In this document: one piece after another, positions 1 through 10,814 of the stretch
Position numbering within the stretch: the stretch's first letter is position 1
How the letters are laid out: every line of letters begins with the position of its first letter
DNA from: a virus
Lineage: Duplodnaviria; Caudoviricetes
Reading direction: 5' to 3' (one strand)
IMG/VR virus record: IMGVR_UViG_3300014204_000114
Coordinates: 64,001 to 128,000 of that record
DNA length: 64,000 nucleotides
Notes under the pieces: generated by a model
Databases searched by the model: none
What the model was told of the DNA's origin: nothing
Seen by the model: the letters and a program-made list of their open reading frames with translations, nothing else
Made by a program: the position numbers and the translations under genes

Positions 1-488
1 CTTTTTAAAAATGCTAAAAACCAAAATGAATTGCATTCAGCTATGAAAAAACATAAATCGAATTACAAAAAGTAATAAAAGCTCAAAATCACTAGCCTCT
101 AAAAAGAGCCTTAAAAAATGAATGAGCGTTCATTCAGTTTTAGGAGGTTAACGCTCAAGTGGCGCTGGCCTTTTTCGCGGGTGATGCCCCGCTAACCCCC
201 GTTAAAAGTACAAAACATTCGGATTCTTAAAAAAGAGTCCGAAGTATGTAGTAACAATACCCCTAATTTCGACCTTATTACCCTCTAGAATCGATTTTTA
301 AATCAATACTAAGGGTAAGGTGGCTTCGCGCTCTTAATCGTCGCTTAAAACCGTTATTAACTCGAAGGGATATTCCGCGAGTAAATAAATAATATTGACT
401 TAAAACTCATTTCTTAAATAAATTTAACTTAATTAATTTAAAAATTATAAAAATGAATCTTATTCATTTCTATTAAAAGGAGAACCTA
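1..488. promoter_or_regulatory. AT-rich non-coding region with palindromes upstream of the first + strand gene cluster
   Basis: No ORF; TGAAT-N3-ATTCA at 27-39 and 454-466, TGAATGA-N4-TCATTCA at 119-136, hairpin cggattctt/aagagtccg near 220-241; AAGGAG RBS before ATG 489. Confidence 0.4.
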
Positions 489-1624
489 ATGAAAAATCCC
501 CTGAATAGTATCTTCAAATTCAAGCCCAAAACAGAAATGGGCTGGATAATAGCAGGGACATTCGGATTGGTCATGCTGTTTATAATGGTTCTCAATCTAT
601 GGCAAGTAATTAAAGTATTTATACTTGGCCTTGTAATAGGCTATATAGTTAGAATATTTAACAAAGATGTTAGAGACGAAAAATAGGGGCTAAGTGATGA
701 AAAACGCTAAATTCAAAATTGACAAACATTATTATAATACGCCTTTCGCGTCGAAGCTACTACATGACTTCAAGTTGATAGAGCAGGCTGAAAAGCGCGC
801 AAATAAAATTATTAGAAATTCGGAAGTTAAATTATCTAAAAAAGAAAAAAGGATAATGAAAAAGAAATTAGTAGAAGGCTTCTTAAAAAAACTCCGAGAT
901 TAAATAGGAGGAATCATGACTACGAAATTTAATTCGAAAGAATTCAATAAATTAATCGCACAAACGGAACGAGAATACGACGACATGATGACTACGTTCC
1001 GGAGAACATTATTCAAGCCATTAATGAGAATCTATGGCTTAGGTAATACATTCATATGGGCGATAGATAATAAAGACAGAAACTGGAAAGTTATAAAAAA
1101 TGAGGACGGAGACCTTGTTCTAATGAGGATGATATCAATCGAACTTTGGCACGAAGTATTACCTCCCGAAATAGAACAAGTATTCTTAAGCGAAGTATCG
1201 CTTCAGTACTTGTATGAACAAGTCTACGGAGTGAACGAGTCGCTGAATAAAATTAATGAAGAACTTCGTTTGAAATTCTTCAAACCGGAAGGAGAATGAT
1301 ATGCTCCTTGTAAGTTTAATTATGGGCTTAGCCACGTTCCTGGCATTTATGCTGGCGTGGATTAAGTTACCGTACGGATTAAGAAAGTTCTTAGTGAGGC
1401 ATTCCACGCTTACGGATTTAACAGCTACAGTCCTGAGTTATTTACTTCACGGACAGACCGCAACTGCGATATTAGCAGCAGGCATAGTGGCTGTAAGCGT
1501 GAGCGTATGTCTTAAAATCTCTGAGAAATCAGAAGAATATGAGTGGGTTTATAGCCTGGTTAGATTAACCCCGCCTAAATATTTTATTAAGGAGATAGTA
1601 GATGAAAGTGAGAAGGGTTTATAG
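489..1624 (+). CDS. Four small hypothetical proteins (489-686 and 1301-1624 predicted membrane proteins; 694-903; 916-1299)
   Basis: Tightly packed ORFs with SD sites; hydrophobic segments in the first and last. Confidence 0.7.
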
Positions 1625-2885
1625 CTCTGTCGAACTGGAAAAAGCCGCGGCTTTAAGAGCCGCAATCGTATCACAAATAACCATTGACGAGAAAGATTCT
1701 CTGAAGATGTTTCGTCAGGGGGAGGACGAGACAAGTTATTATGAGGGAGTAACGAAGTATCTGGATGAGTATTACTACATAGTAGACGAGAAAGACGAGT
1801 TCGATACGGAAGAGTTCTTTGCGTTCGCGTGGAAGACATTTCCATGGCAGACTCGTAAAATAGTCGAGGCAAATCCAAATCCCAGAGCACAGTGCAGAGA
1901 GTTCATGAAATTCCTAACGTCAGTGGGACGAAAGGTTTCGGAGTGCAAGGGCACTAAAGACAATCCTGCAGTCAGAACTACTCCGTATTCCGAAATAATG
2001 TTCGGAAGACAATTGGATTTACTCTCTTACTTACATTCAATATTCCCCGAGTATATGGACAACTCGGATTACTACGTGGAATTCAATATGGAATTAGAAC
2101 CGATTCGGATAATCAAGAAAAGGCATCCGTATTTCCATACTCCGATTTTAGACAATTCTCAGCGAGAACCGGATGAAGTAGAACTGAATCCAATAGAGAA
2201 GGAGCTTAAGAAATTAGAGACTCCGGAAGAGGATGCTCTTAATTTCGTAGACGATTCTATAGATGTAGGATACGTCAAAAAACAATCCAAGGATATATTC
2301 ACAGACGGATTCGAAGAGCCGGATGATGACGATATTCTGGATGACTCCGAAGAAGTAGAGGATGGAGAATTCCAGCCTTACGAAAAAGGATTCGTCCACG
2401 ACCACTACGACCTGCAAATGGATATAACAGGCAGCATGATTACTGCCGTGGAGGAATTCGATGATAATGGCAATGGTATTGTGGAAGAAAAGGACGTTAT
2501 TGTCAGCGATTTACGCGAGGCTAAGTGGGCTCGTGCGAATGTTGGCAAGAAGTGGAATAAGAAATATTTCCTCAAAGATGACGTGCTGTACAAACACGTA
2601 ATCCAACCTAAAGTAAAGTACGAAGAAGTCCCGGGCTATGAAGCTGCAGTATGGCCTCAAGCTGTAGCTCAGGCGGGACATGGTCCCAAGTTCAGAGAGA
2701 TATATCAGATGATGAAAAAGAGAAATCGCGACGGCGAATACCGTCTCGATAAAAGATCCCTCTACGGGATCATAAAAGCAGAGGAAGGTAAAAGAACTCT
2801 GACCAAGTCCGACATAGGAAGGCTTTGGGACCTGATCAAGATTAGGGACTTTATAGTTGAAAGGAGAAAAGAATGCATGAGATAA
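1602..2885 (+). CDS. Hypothetical protein with acidic central region; 3' end possibly truncated near the IS insertion
   Basis: 427-aa ORF with AAGGAG SD; D/E-rich middle. Confidence 0.75.
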   Translation: MKVRRVYSSVELEKAAALRAAIVSQITIDEKDSLKMFRQGEDETSYYEGVTKYLDEYYYIVDEKDEFDTEEFFAFAWKTFPWQTRKIVEANPNPRAQCREFMKFLTSVGRKVSECKGTKDNPAVRTTPYSEIMFGRQLDLLSYLHSIFPEYMDNSDYYVEFNMELEPIRIIKKRHPYFHTPILDNSQREPDEVELNPIEKELKKLETPEEDALNFVDDSIDVGYVKKQSKDIFTDGFEEPDDDDILDDSEEVEDGEFQPYEKGFVHDHYDLQMDITGSMITAVEEFDDNGNGIVEEKDVIVSDLREAKWARANVGKKWNKKYFLKDDVLYKHVIQPKVKYEEVPGYEAAVWPQAVAQAGHGPKFREIYQMMKKRNRDGEYRLDKRSLYGIIKAEEGKRTLTKSDIGRLWDLIKIRDFIVERRKECMR

Positions 2886-2922
2886 AAGCTAAATATAATA
2901 AAGCCCTCATCGTGAACTACTG

Positions 2923-4074
2923 TCAGCTAAAGCAGACAGCTTCTGGCGCAACGCCCCGGATGGGCGTTAACGCACCTGGGCTCGTTCCGAACCCTAAAAG
3001 GAGAATATTTTGAGCAGCATTAACATCACGATCAATAGTATATCCGCAATGCGGACAACTATGAGTACGCTCGCTCAAAGATTTTTTAACCATATTATTG
3101 CACTTACTGCATATTTGGGATGTGTTTTTGGGGTTTACAAGAATAACTTTAGAACCAGCTTCTTCCGCTTTGTACTTCAGCATACTCCTGAACTCACCAA
3201 TAGCAACATCAGAAACATGTTTAGCAAGGTGTTTATTTTTAAGCATAAAATCGAGAGGCATATCTTCCATAAAGATATCGCCGTATTTATTAGAGATTTC
3301 TCTAGTGGTTTTATGAAGGAAATCCTTCCTTTGATTTTTAATATGCTCATGAAAGTTAATAAGTTTTTTAACAGTCTTTTTACGACTGTTACTGCCCTTA
3401 ACTTTTCGGGATACACTTCTCTGGATAACTCTAAGTTCTTTCAAAGAGTTGTTGAGATATTTAGGGCTGTCATAAACAGTACCATCAGAAAGGGTAGCCA
3501 AATGAGAGATACCTACATCGATACCTACTGGAGGTTTATCAGATACAGTTTCAATAGTATTATAAATCTCTATAGAAAAATTAGCGTACCATTTATCATT
3601 GACACGTTTTATAACTACGTGTTTTATCTTACTGTTTTGTGGAATATCCCTATGAAGTTTTACAGAAATTTCACCAACATGTTGAATTCTTACTTTCTTA
3701 TTATTAAGAAGTTTACATCCATCATTGTAAGTGAATTCTATACTATTGAATCTACTAGCATTTTTAAATCTAGGAAAACCTGGCTTATCACCAGCTTTAA
3801 CTCTTCTAAAGAAAGCTTTGAAGGCCTTATCGAGCCTTCTAAGCATTTGTTGCATAGAACTAGAATTAACATTGGGACACTTAAGTTTTCTAATCTTATT
3901 AAAGAGTGCAGCTTGTTGGACATAAGGGATATATTCTCCCCGTCTTTTATAGGCTTTAATACGTTGCTCAAGGGCTTTATTATAGATAAAACGCTGCTGA
4001 TTAAGGATCTTACAAAGAAGATCTTTTTGAGTCTTATTAGGGCGCAATCTATAGTTGTAAGTTTTTACGACCAC
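2923..4074 (-). CDS. tnpB: RNA-guided endonuclease TnpB
   Basis: N-terminal YRLRP HTH, PGFPRFK, RuvC motifs GIDVG / MED / DRDVNAA, CSKC..CPHC zinc ribbon. Confidence 0.95.
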   Translation of the reverse strand: MVVKTYNYRLRPNKTQKDLLCKILNQQRFIYNKALEQRIKAYKRRGEYIPYVQQAALFNKIRKLKCPNVNSSSMQQMLRRLDKAFKAFFRRVKAGDKPGFPRFKNASRFNSIEFTYNDGCKLLNNKKVRIQHVGEISVKLHRDIPQNSKIKHVVIKRVNDKWYANFSIEIYNTIETVSDKPPVGIDVGISHLATLSDGTVYDSPKYLNNSLKELRVIQRSVSRKVKGSNSRKKTVKKLINFHEHIKNQRKDFLHKTTREISNKYGDIFMEDMPLDFMLKNKHLAKHVSDVAIGEFRSMLKYKAEEAGSKVILVNPKNTSQICSKCNNMVKKSLSERTHSCPHCGYTIDRDVNAAQNILLLGFGTSPGALTPIRGVAPEAVCFS

Positions 4075-4473
4075 TTATCTGCCTTTTTGAGCCTCAATAT
4101 AATGCTCTATAGCTTTAGAGCTAACAGAACCGACAGTATTGATAAAATAACTTCTGCTCCACAAAGTTGGAAGCTTTTTTCTGATACTAGGGAACTCTTG
4201 CATAAGCCTTCTGGAGGTATAGCCTTTAAGCTGATTAGCAATGTATTGAGGCGCATCCATTGGAGTAGCGCTAATAAAGACGTGAACATGATCGGGCATA
4301 ACAGCAATGCTCTCTACAGCCCATTCATGCTGTTGAGCTTTGTCACATATAAGCTCAGAGCATCTTTGTGCTATTTCATCAAGAAGTATACTCTTTCTGT
4401 ATTTTGGGCACCAAACAATGTGATACTTCGTAGAGTATACACAACCGACATGTTTTGTATATCTTTTATCCAT
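4075..4473 (-). CDS. tnpA: IS200-type HUH (Y1) transposase
   Basis: YHIVWCPKYR, DHVH (HUH), LWSRSYF, YIEAQ catalytic Tyr. Confidence 0.95.
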   Translation of the reverse strand: MDKRYTKHVGCVYSTKYHIVWCPKYRKSILLDEIAQRCSELICDKAQQHEWAVESIAVMPDHVHVFISATPMDAPQYIANQLKGYTSRRLMQEFPSIRKKLPTLWSRSYFINTVGSVSSKAIEHYIEAQKGR

Positions 4474-4696
4474 GATTTAAGCATAGCATAAGTAATATGC
4501 TTGTCAATAGTATACAATGAATAATATGAAAAATAATATAAAAAAAAGAAAGGAGGAAGGCGCGATTCCTCAGTCGCCTAAAGACGACTGTCCCCTCGTG
4601 CCGTAACTTCATGGTATACGCCAAAGCAACGCAAACAAGCATTAAAACGGATTGAGAAAGTACTAAAAGAAATATCTCAAAAAAGAGGAGAGCGAA

Positions 4697-5140
4697 ATGC
4701 TAGATAAAATCAATAAATTGTCTAACGAATATTCAATAAAAGGTGACCTTTTGCATTTGTTTTTAGAGAACAAAAATCTCGACGATTCCGATGCGGATTT
4801 AGCAACTATTTTAAGTTACATAAAATGGAAGCAGAGCGAATATAATAACAAAAGTAAGATGCTCTCTGTATATGGGAATTGGAGTCTGGGTTCCGGAACC
4901 AGCTACTGCCCATTATGTAATGTGTTCTTTGATAACGAGTGTTACGGGTGCCCTTTAGTATTAAAAGGCGGCAATGGCTGCGCTGACGGTCAAAAGCATC
5001 CGTATGACGAGGCGCTAATAGGAAGCAAAGAAAGCCTGCTTAAGCTGCTCGAATCGAAAGTCAAAAAGATAGAATTCGATAAAGGACTTCTAAAGAGAGT
5101 CGAGACTTCTCTTAAGAAAATTTCAAAAAAGAAGAGGTAA
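4697..5140 (+). CDS. Cys-rich hypothetical protein
   Basis: CPLC..CYGCPL..GC cluster; SD present. Confidence 0.65.
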   Translation: MLDKINKLSNEYSIKGDLLHLFLENKNLDDSDADLATILSYIKWKQSEYNNKSKMLSVYGNWSLGSGTSYCPLCNVFFDNECYGCPLVLKGGNGCADGQKHPYDEALIGSKESLLKLLESKVKKIEFDKGLLKRVETSLKKISKKKR

Positions 5141-5142
5141 AT

Positions 5143-5814
5143 ATGATAAAGAAAGGCTCGGAAGAAAACTACCTCAAATTACAGCCTCACGATATCGATT
5201 GGGGCGCATGCAAATTACTTCTGACAAGATCTGAAACTATCCATCTTAAGCATATATTCACAAAGATATTCGTCAAACAAAACAATTGGGCGAAATATAA
5301 CGAGATCTTCGGACATTTAGACATGACTGCTTATGACTATATGCAGATAATGACCAATCACTTGAGGAGAATATATAAGATCCCGCGGGGATTTCAGGCA
5401 AGCATTAGTCTGCTTAGACCCGGAAGAAATGATTTCTTCCCGACATTACAAAATTTGGACGGACTTAAGACTTTAGTTGTCCTTGATTTCGACGGGGTAA
5501 TTACGGATAAGAGATTTACGGAGATGTATGATTTGTGCTATTCGAGAGCCAGAAAGCTATTTATAGTCTCGGCTAATCCCGAAGTTTCCAAAGAATTCAT
5601 GTACAAAAAAGGGTTATTCTCAAACCGCGTGGATAAGATATTCGCATGCAAGGGCAAGTGGCAGAAACTAAAGAAAATAATTGAATTGAAAAAAATATAC
5701 GATTTCGTATTCTATATCGACGATGAAGATATGTATCTTGACGTCGCGTGGATGTTTGGAATTAAAACTTATAAATGGAACGGCAAGGCGGTTAAGCCTT
5801 ATAGTCCGAAATAA
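5143..5814 (+). CDS. HAD-superfamily phosphatase domain protein
   Basis: VVLDFDGVIT (motif I), IVSA (motif II), FYIDD (motif IV). Confidence 0.75.
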   Translation: MIKKGSEENYLKLQPHDIDWGACKLLLTRSETIHLKHIFTKIFVKQNNWAKYNEIFGHLDMTAYDYMQIMTNHLRRIYKIPRGFQASISLLRPGRNDFFPTLQNLDGLKTLVVLDFDGVITDKRFTEMYDLCYSRARKLFIVSANPEVSKEFMYKKGLFSNRVDKIFACKGKWQKLKKIIELKKIYDFVFYIDDEDMYLDVAWMFGIKTYKWNGKAVKPYSPK

Positions 5815-5823
5815 GGAGCGGAT

Positions 5824-6261
5824 ATGAATAAAAAGTATTATCGCTATTTAATATATAAAAATGGCATATTGGCGTCTACTTCAGATGAAGATAGAGATAC
5901 ATTCCACGAAATTATATCCAATGCCATAAAGACGATATTTTGTTATTATAACGACACTCCGTCAGGAAGAACTTGCCATATCCAATTTCAAACTACAGAA
6001 AATAAAGACGGGGAGATAACATCAGAAATGATATCGCCCTTAATCCAAGCAGATGATTTTATAGAAAGAGTCACTAAGATTTTGGATCCTACTCCGAAAT
6101 ATCAAGTCCCTGACGATAAGAAAGATTATATATTAGGGACACTAAAAGGCACGCGCTTGTTTCTATTACAACTGTCGTCCGAAAAACCCACATTAACACT
6201 CTATAACAGGGATGCTGTAGATGAGGGTCTAAATAAAGTTATTGAAATTATAGAGGGATAA
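5824..6261 (+). CDS. Hypothetical protein
   Basis: ORF with AAGGAG SD. Confidence 0.65.
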   Translation: MNKKYYRYLIYKNGILASTSDEDRDTFHEIISNAIKTIFCYYNDTPSGRTCHIQFQTTENKDGEITSEMISPLIQADDFIERVTKILDPTPKYQVPDDKKDYILGTLKGTRLFLLQLSSEKPTLTLYNRDAVDEGLNKVIEIIEG

Positions 6262-6265
6262 GAAT

Positions 6266-6688
6266 ATGTTCGTAACAGTAATACCAAGATATCAAGTTCC
6301 AATGATGGAGAAAGTAAATTACGATACTGCGGTTATAGCCATACGCTCTTTAGGAGATGACGCAGAAATTGAATATCCAAAGACGAGTAAAATCAAGGGA
6401 ATACTCCAGCTTCAGTTTGACGATATTACAAGAGATATTCCATGCTATTGCGCTTTTGAAAAAGAGCAAGCAGAACAAGTAGTAGATTTCGTATTGGAAT
6501 ATCAGGACAAAGTGGAGATGTTCGTATGTCAATGCGATGCTGGGATTTCAAGAAGCGCCGGAGTAGCATTAGTATTGGATGAGATGTTTCAGGGAAACGG
6601 AGTCCCGATAAAAGACGATCCAAGATTTTCCCCGAATCCATTAGTAGTAAAACTTTTAAGAGAAGCCTTTAAGGCTAGGGAGAAATAG
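6266..6688 (+). CDS. Protein-tyrosine/dual-specificity phosphatase-like protein
   Basis: FDD loop, CX5R motif CDAGISRS, SPNPLV. Confidence 0.85.
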   Translation: MFVTVIPRYQVPMMEKVNYDTAVIAIRSLGDDAEIEYPKTSKIKGILQLQFDDITRDIPCYCAFEKEQAEQVVDFVLEYQDKVEMFVCQCDAGISRSAGVALVLDEMFQGNGVPIKDDPRFSPNPLVVKLLREAFKAREK

Positions 6689-7111
6689 ATGAGAGTTACA
6701 GTAACTTTTCCTGCTCAGAGTGGCGTCTTAGATACTTTTGGACGTAGTTTTGGTCTTATAGAAACAAAAGTAAACTGGGACGAATTCCAGCTTTACTATA
6801 TTTGCAAAGAATGTGGAGCGTTATATAGAGACACCCCTGATGATTTCTTTTGTAAAAGATGCGGATGCGAGATATTGGATTTCGATATCAATCTGCCTAC
6901 TGAAAAATTAGCAAGAGTACTAGGCAGAGTTATAGAAAGAAGGGTGACTCCGTTCAAATGGTACGACCCTTTTACCTGGGGGAAAATTAAAAATACTCAG
7001 CAAGTATTTCAAGTACGGGAAGGAGACGAGATAGTGGAAATAGTAAATCCATGGAATACTAAAATACTTATTAAGAATCTCATTGAATACGCTAATAAAA
7101 AGGAGAAATAA
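6689..7111 (+). CDS. Zinc-ribbon hypothetical protein
   Basis: CKECG...CKRCG. Confidence 0.65.
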   Translation: MRVTVTFPAQSGVLDTFGRSFGLIETKVNWDEFQLYYICKECGALYRDTPDDFFCKRCGCEILDFDINLPTEKLARVLGRVIERRVTPFKWYDPFTWGKIKNTQQVFQVREGDEIVEIVNPWNTKILIKNLIEYANKKEK

Positions 7112-7112
7112 A

Positions 7113-7982
7113 ATGTTAAATACAGCGTTACTTGTAATTATTCTTTTGATATTAATGGCTTTATTCCTCAGATCTATGGAAGAGCATGTCTTTTTAAAAG
7201 ATTTGCTTAAAATGCTTAGAACCATGCAAGCTAACCAAGGAGAAATATTAAGAGAATTAAGGGATCATAAAGCTACATATAAGAGAAACACGGAATCAAA
7301 TCACGAAGAAACTGCGACCAGAATAAGAAATATGGGCTATGAGCTTAAAGAGTATGCTAGTAAGTATATCTATGAAGAAATCAGGGATTTCAGAACGACA
7401 TCGAAAGTAAACTTACAGGGAATTGCAAATACGCTGAACGGAGCGAATCTGAATTTAATAGCGCTTAATAATCGTTTAGTTAAGCCTAAGTCTAAGTCTA
7501 AGCCTGCCTCTAATAAATCTTCTAAAAAATCCACTTCGAAACCTAATCAAACTATTCAAAAAAGGAAGAAATAAATGCAGATACTAATATTAATACTAGT
7601 TATAGCTATACTTGTGATTGTGGGTCTTGGAGTCTTCCCAAAAGTCGCGGGATGGCACGATGAAGCAGTTCGCCAAAATGAACTTATCATATTACTAAGA
7701 GATGACCTCAAAGAAGACTTTGCTCATTTAAAGCGAATAGAAAGTGAAGAAGCCACTATTCTACGAGACAGGATAAAAGAACTCCAAAGAAAAATAGATA
7801 GCAAAGATAACTATAATGAGATCCATTACTCGATGGCAGAAGCGAAAGAAGACATTCAAACTACAATTCGAGCCCTTTCTAATTTAACAAGGACTGAGTT
7901 TGACAAGCTTCCGAAGAAACAAATAAAGAAACCTGCGAAGAAGCCTACCGAAAAAACAAGAAAGACGACAAAAAAGAGATAG
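7113..7982 (+). CDS. Two tandem membrane-anchored coiled-coil proteins with Lys-rich tails (7113-7574, 7575-7982)
   Basis: Same architecture: N-terminal hydrophobic helix, helical middle, K/S/T/P-rich C-terminus. Confidence 0.65.
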
Positions 7983-7983
7983 T

Positions 7984-8754
7984 ATGAGGCGTGATATGAA
8001 AGAAAAGTTCAGAAATCATTGGGATTTTTATGGCAGTGGCGAGGAGGCTTGGATATCCAAGAAGTTTCTTCTTAAAATGTTAATTGCTGACAAGAAGCAA
8101 TGGAACAAGTTAAAGAAGGAAGGTAAGTGGGAGAATGTTGACCTGTCTTGGATAAGCATGTTCAGCTATATGAACACTCCGTTTTTATACTATGACAAAC
8201 TCTTCAAGATTGACTGTTGGGCAGATTTATCAGGGGCAGATTTAGAAAACGTTAGCTTTGAAGGATTAGACTTATATGGAGTTGACTTCAGAAAATGTAA
8301 AATCAGAAACACTAACTTTTCTGCCGCTAACTTAAGTGCTTGCAGGTTTTCCAATGAAAAGGGGCTTCTAACTAAAGAAGAATTTCTCAGCCAATTTGAA
8401 AAATTAAAGAACGGTTGGCTTGTTTACAAAGTCATAAAAGACGATGAGCGAGACGATAGAGACAGGGGCTGGAGAGAAGATCACAAGGAATATAAAAAAC
8501 ATTACAAGTGGGAAATTAAACAGAATTCAATTATTACTGGAAAGGTTGATCACAATAGATTTGCATATAAAGATAATGGTATTAATTTCGGCACGCTTAA
8601 ATATTGCAATGAATACTATAGACATTACTCTAAAGAAGATAAAGGAAACCTTTGGGCCTGCGAGCTTCCATTTGATGCCGATATATGTGTACCATATGCC
8701 TCCAGCGGAAACGCAAGAACAGACAAATTGAAGCTAATTACAGCCTTATCATAG
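7984..8754 (+). CDS. Pentapeptide-repeat-containing protein
   Basis: ADLSGADLENVSFEGLDLYGVDFRKCKIRNTNFSAANLSAC. Confidence 0.75.
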   Translation: MRRDMKEKFRNHWDFYGSGEEAWISKKFLLKMLIADKKQWNKLKKEGKWENVDLSWISMFSYMNTPFLYYDKLFKIDCWADLSGADLENVSFEGLDLYGVDFRKCKIRNTNFSAANLSACRFSNEKGLLTKEEFLSQFEKLKNGWLVYKVIKDDERDDRDRGWREDHKEYKKHYKWEIKQNSIITGKVDHNRFAYKDNGINFGTLKYCNEYYRHYSKEDKGNLWACELPFDADICVPYASSGNARTDKLKLITALS

Positions 8755-8772
8755 AAAGGACCAAAACGACTA

Positions 8773-9832
8773 ATGAGTAAAATCTCAAATTACGAATGGT
8801 CATACTTTGTGATAATGAAACAAATGGCTGATCGGGAGATGAAGAAGCCAGAGTGTTATTGCAATACCAGCCTGCTAAATTATCTATTTCCGCGGATCTC
8901 GCTTTGTACGTTTAGAGCGGAAAGACACGTATCTGGATCTCTATTCAGTACGATGAGAATGTACCTAGACCAACTAAGAGGTCATATAAGAAAAATAGAT
9001 GGAGAGCGAGAAAGAAGAATCGATTTATATTATGATTAAAAATCTAAAACATTAAATAAGAATCTTATAAACAGGAGAAAATATGAAAAGAATAATTAAA
9101 TCAGAAACAAATCCAGAAAAAATCGAAGACAATCTTGATGTACCTCTTACGAGAGAAGAGAAAGAGGCATTGATAAGGAAGCTTCAGAAGTCACTGGAAT
9201 TAAAGGAAACGACAGAAACAGAATCGGCTGACGTGAAAGAGCAGAGGCTTGTTCAATTCTGCGAGAAAGTAAAAGAGCTGTTAAAGAGCGAACAGTATAG
9301 CGGTAATGCGCGTACCGCATTTGATTTCCTCGGGGCCTTAAGTTCAAGAATTGATTTGATACTCTCTTCGATTTTAGGAGACAGTTCATTAAATAATGAG
9401 AATAAGCGGACATTTAGGCTCCATTTTTTACCTCGTATGAAACTATTTGGTATTGAATTCTCATACGAGGTTCGCGAATTTTTCGGATTGGATCCGGAAG
9501 ATAACGAAAATTTCGTCGAATTCTACTTCGAGAGCGATAATATCACATACGCGTACGCGGAATAAAGGAGAATAAAAATGAAAACGGAAAAGGAGTTAAG
9601 AAAAGAGATAAGAGAGTATAAGAAACAGCATAAAGCCGATATGGCAAACTACGAGGAAATAGCTTCGAAGGTAAGAGTTATCAAAGATTTCGTAGATGCT
9701 CATGTTAGTAACGACGAAATAGTCAGAAAGACTATGTTAGGTACTGGCGGAGACGTAGATAGGACGCTGAGCAATCTAAATCTGATCTATAAGAAGATTC
9801 AAAAACTAGCCGAAAAGGCAAAAGGAGAATAA
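8773..9832 (+). CDS. Three hypothetical proteins (8773-9039, 9083-9565, 9578-9832)
   Basis: SD-led ORFs with no recognisable motif. Confidence 0.6.
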
Positions 9833-9833
9833 A

Positions 9834-10475
9834 ATGAAGAAAATAATGTTTATACTTATAATTACTTTAATGACTGCGTGTATCGAAATCGAGGGAATCA
9901 CTCCTGAAGACGAAGATACAAAAAGAATTACTTCCGTTATCGATATCAGCGACGATGTAACTGATACTACAGACCCAGCTACAGATACAGTCTGGTTAGA
10001 CCCTGCGACGAATCTCATGTGGCAAAAATCGGGAAACAAATTTCCGGTATTATGGGAAGAAGCGATGACATATTGCGACGATGCAACTGACGGAGGTTTT
10101 AATAATTGGTACTTGCCTACAATAGACGAGTTAAGGACAACGATAATTGGACGCTCGGAAATAACGATAGGTGGCGAATGCCCTTATACAGATGGTCTTT
10201 CCGAATTCGATGTTTTCGATGATGATGGGATTTGTGATTTCAGACATGATGACCCGAATAGTTACCAGCCCAGTTATCTAAATTCTAAATTAGAGAAACC
10301 TGAACATGTTGCCGAAGATTATATTAGTTGGTCTTCGACAGTAATTATGAGGCATGGCGTAATAGCGGAACCGGATCCTGGGAAAATTGCTGTAGAATAT
10401 ATAACCGGTTCACTTCTTTTTATTCCGGCCATTGAGGATATGGCCTACGCACGATGCGTAAGGGAGGAAGAATGA
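9834..10475 (+). CDS. Lipoprotein with DUF1566 (Lcl-like) domain
   Basis: Lipobox LMTAC; D-x-x-T-NLMWQ, W.EA..YC, GGF..W.LPTIDEL, terminal ARCVR. Confidence 0.8.
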   Translation: MKKIMFILIITLMTACIEIEGITPEDEDTKRITSVIDISDDVTDTTDPATDTVWLDPATNLMWQKSGNKFPVLWEEAMTYCDDATDGGFNNWYLPTIDELRTTIIGRSEITIGGECPYTDGLSEFDVFDDDGICDFRHDDPNSYQPSYLNSKLEKPEHVAEDYISWSSTVIMRHGVIAEPDPGKIAVEYITGSLLFIPAIEDMAYARCVREEE

Positions 10476-10813
10476 AACTATTTATCCTGGAAGGTAATAG
10501 TTTCGACGTAATTGAAAATAGCACATGCCAGAACGAATGCTCCTTTTCGTGCCCTAAGCTTATAGTAACTGGCGAAGGAATGACTCAGAAAGCCAGATGC
10601 GAAAAGTTCAGCGGGGACTTTCTTACTGGGGACATTCTTGAAAGAAATCCAACTCTAGGATCAAACGCATTCTTCCGGCACGATGAATGTATGAGAAAAG
10701 CTCATACGGCAACTGAGACTGTCTATCTCTTAGGGAATTTGATAATGCAAATTACAAAACCAACGGAAGGCAATGAATTATTACATCTTCGACAAATAGT
10801 AGAAGGAGAATAA
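10472..10813 (+). CDS. Cys-containing hypothetical protein
   Basis: GGAGG SD before ATG 10472. Confidence 0.6.
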   Translation: MKLFILEGNSFDVIENSTCQNECSFSCPKLIVTGEGMTQKARCEKFSGDFLTGDILERNPTLGSNAFFRHDECMRKAHTATETVYLLGNLIMQITKPTEGNELLHLRQIVEGE

Positions 10814-10814
10814 T

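Larger units (their letters stand above)
2912..4610 (-). mobile_element. IS200/IS605-family element (tnpA + tnpB)
   Basis: Tandem tnpA-tnpB on the - strand; right end gaagctgtctgctttagctgacagtagTTCAC ending at 2912; left subterminal hairpin cagtcg-cctaaaga-cgactg at 4571-4590; flanked by CCAT (- strand) at 4611-4614. Confidence 0.9.

Noticed and set aside
3010-4491. 493-aa + strand ORF
   Set aside because: Antisense shadow of tnpA/tnpB; no SD or motifs
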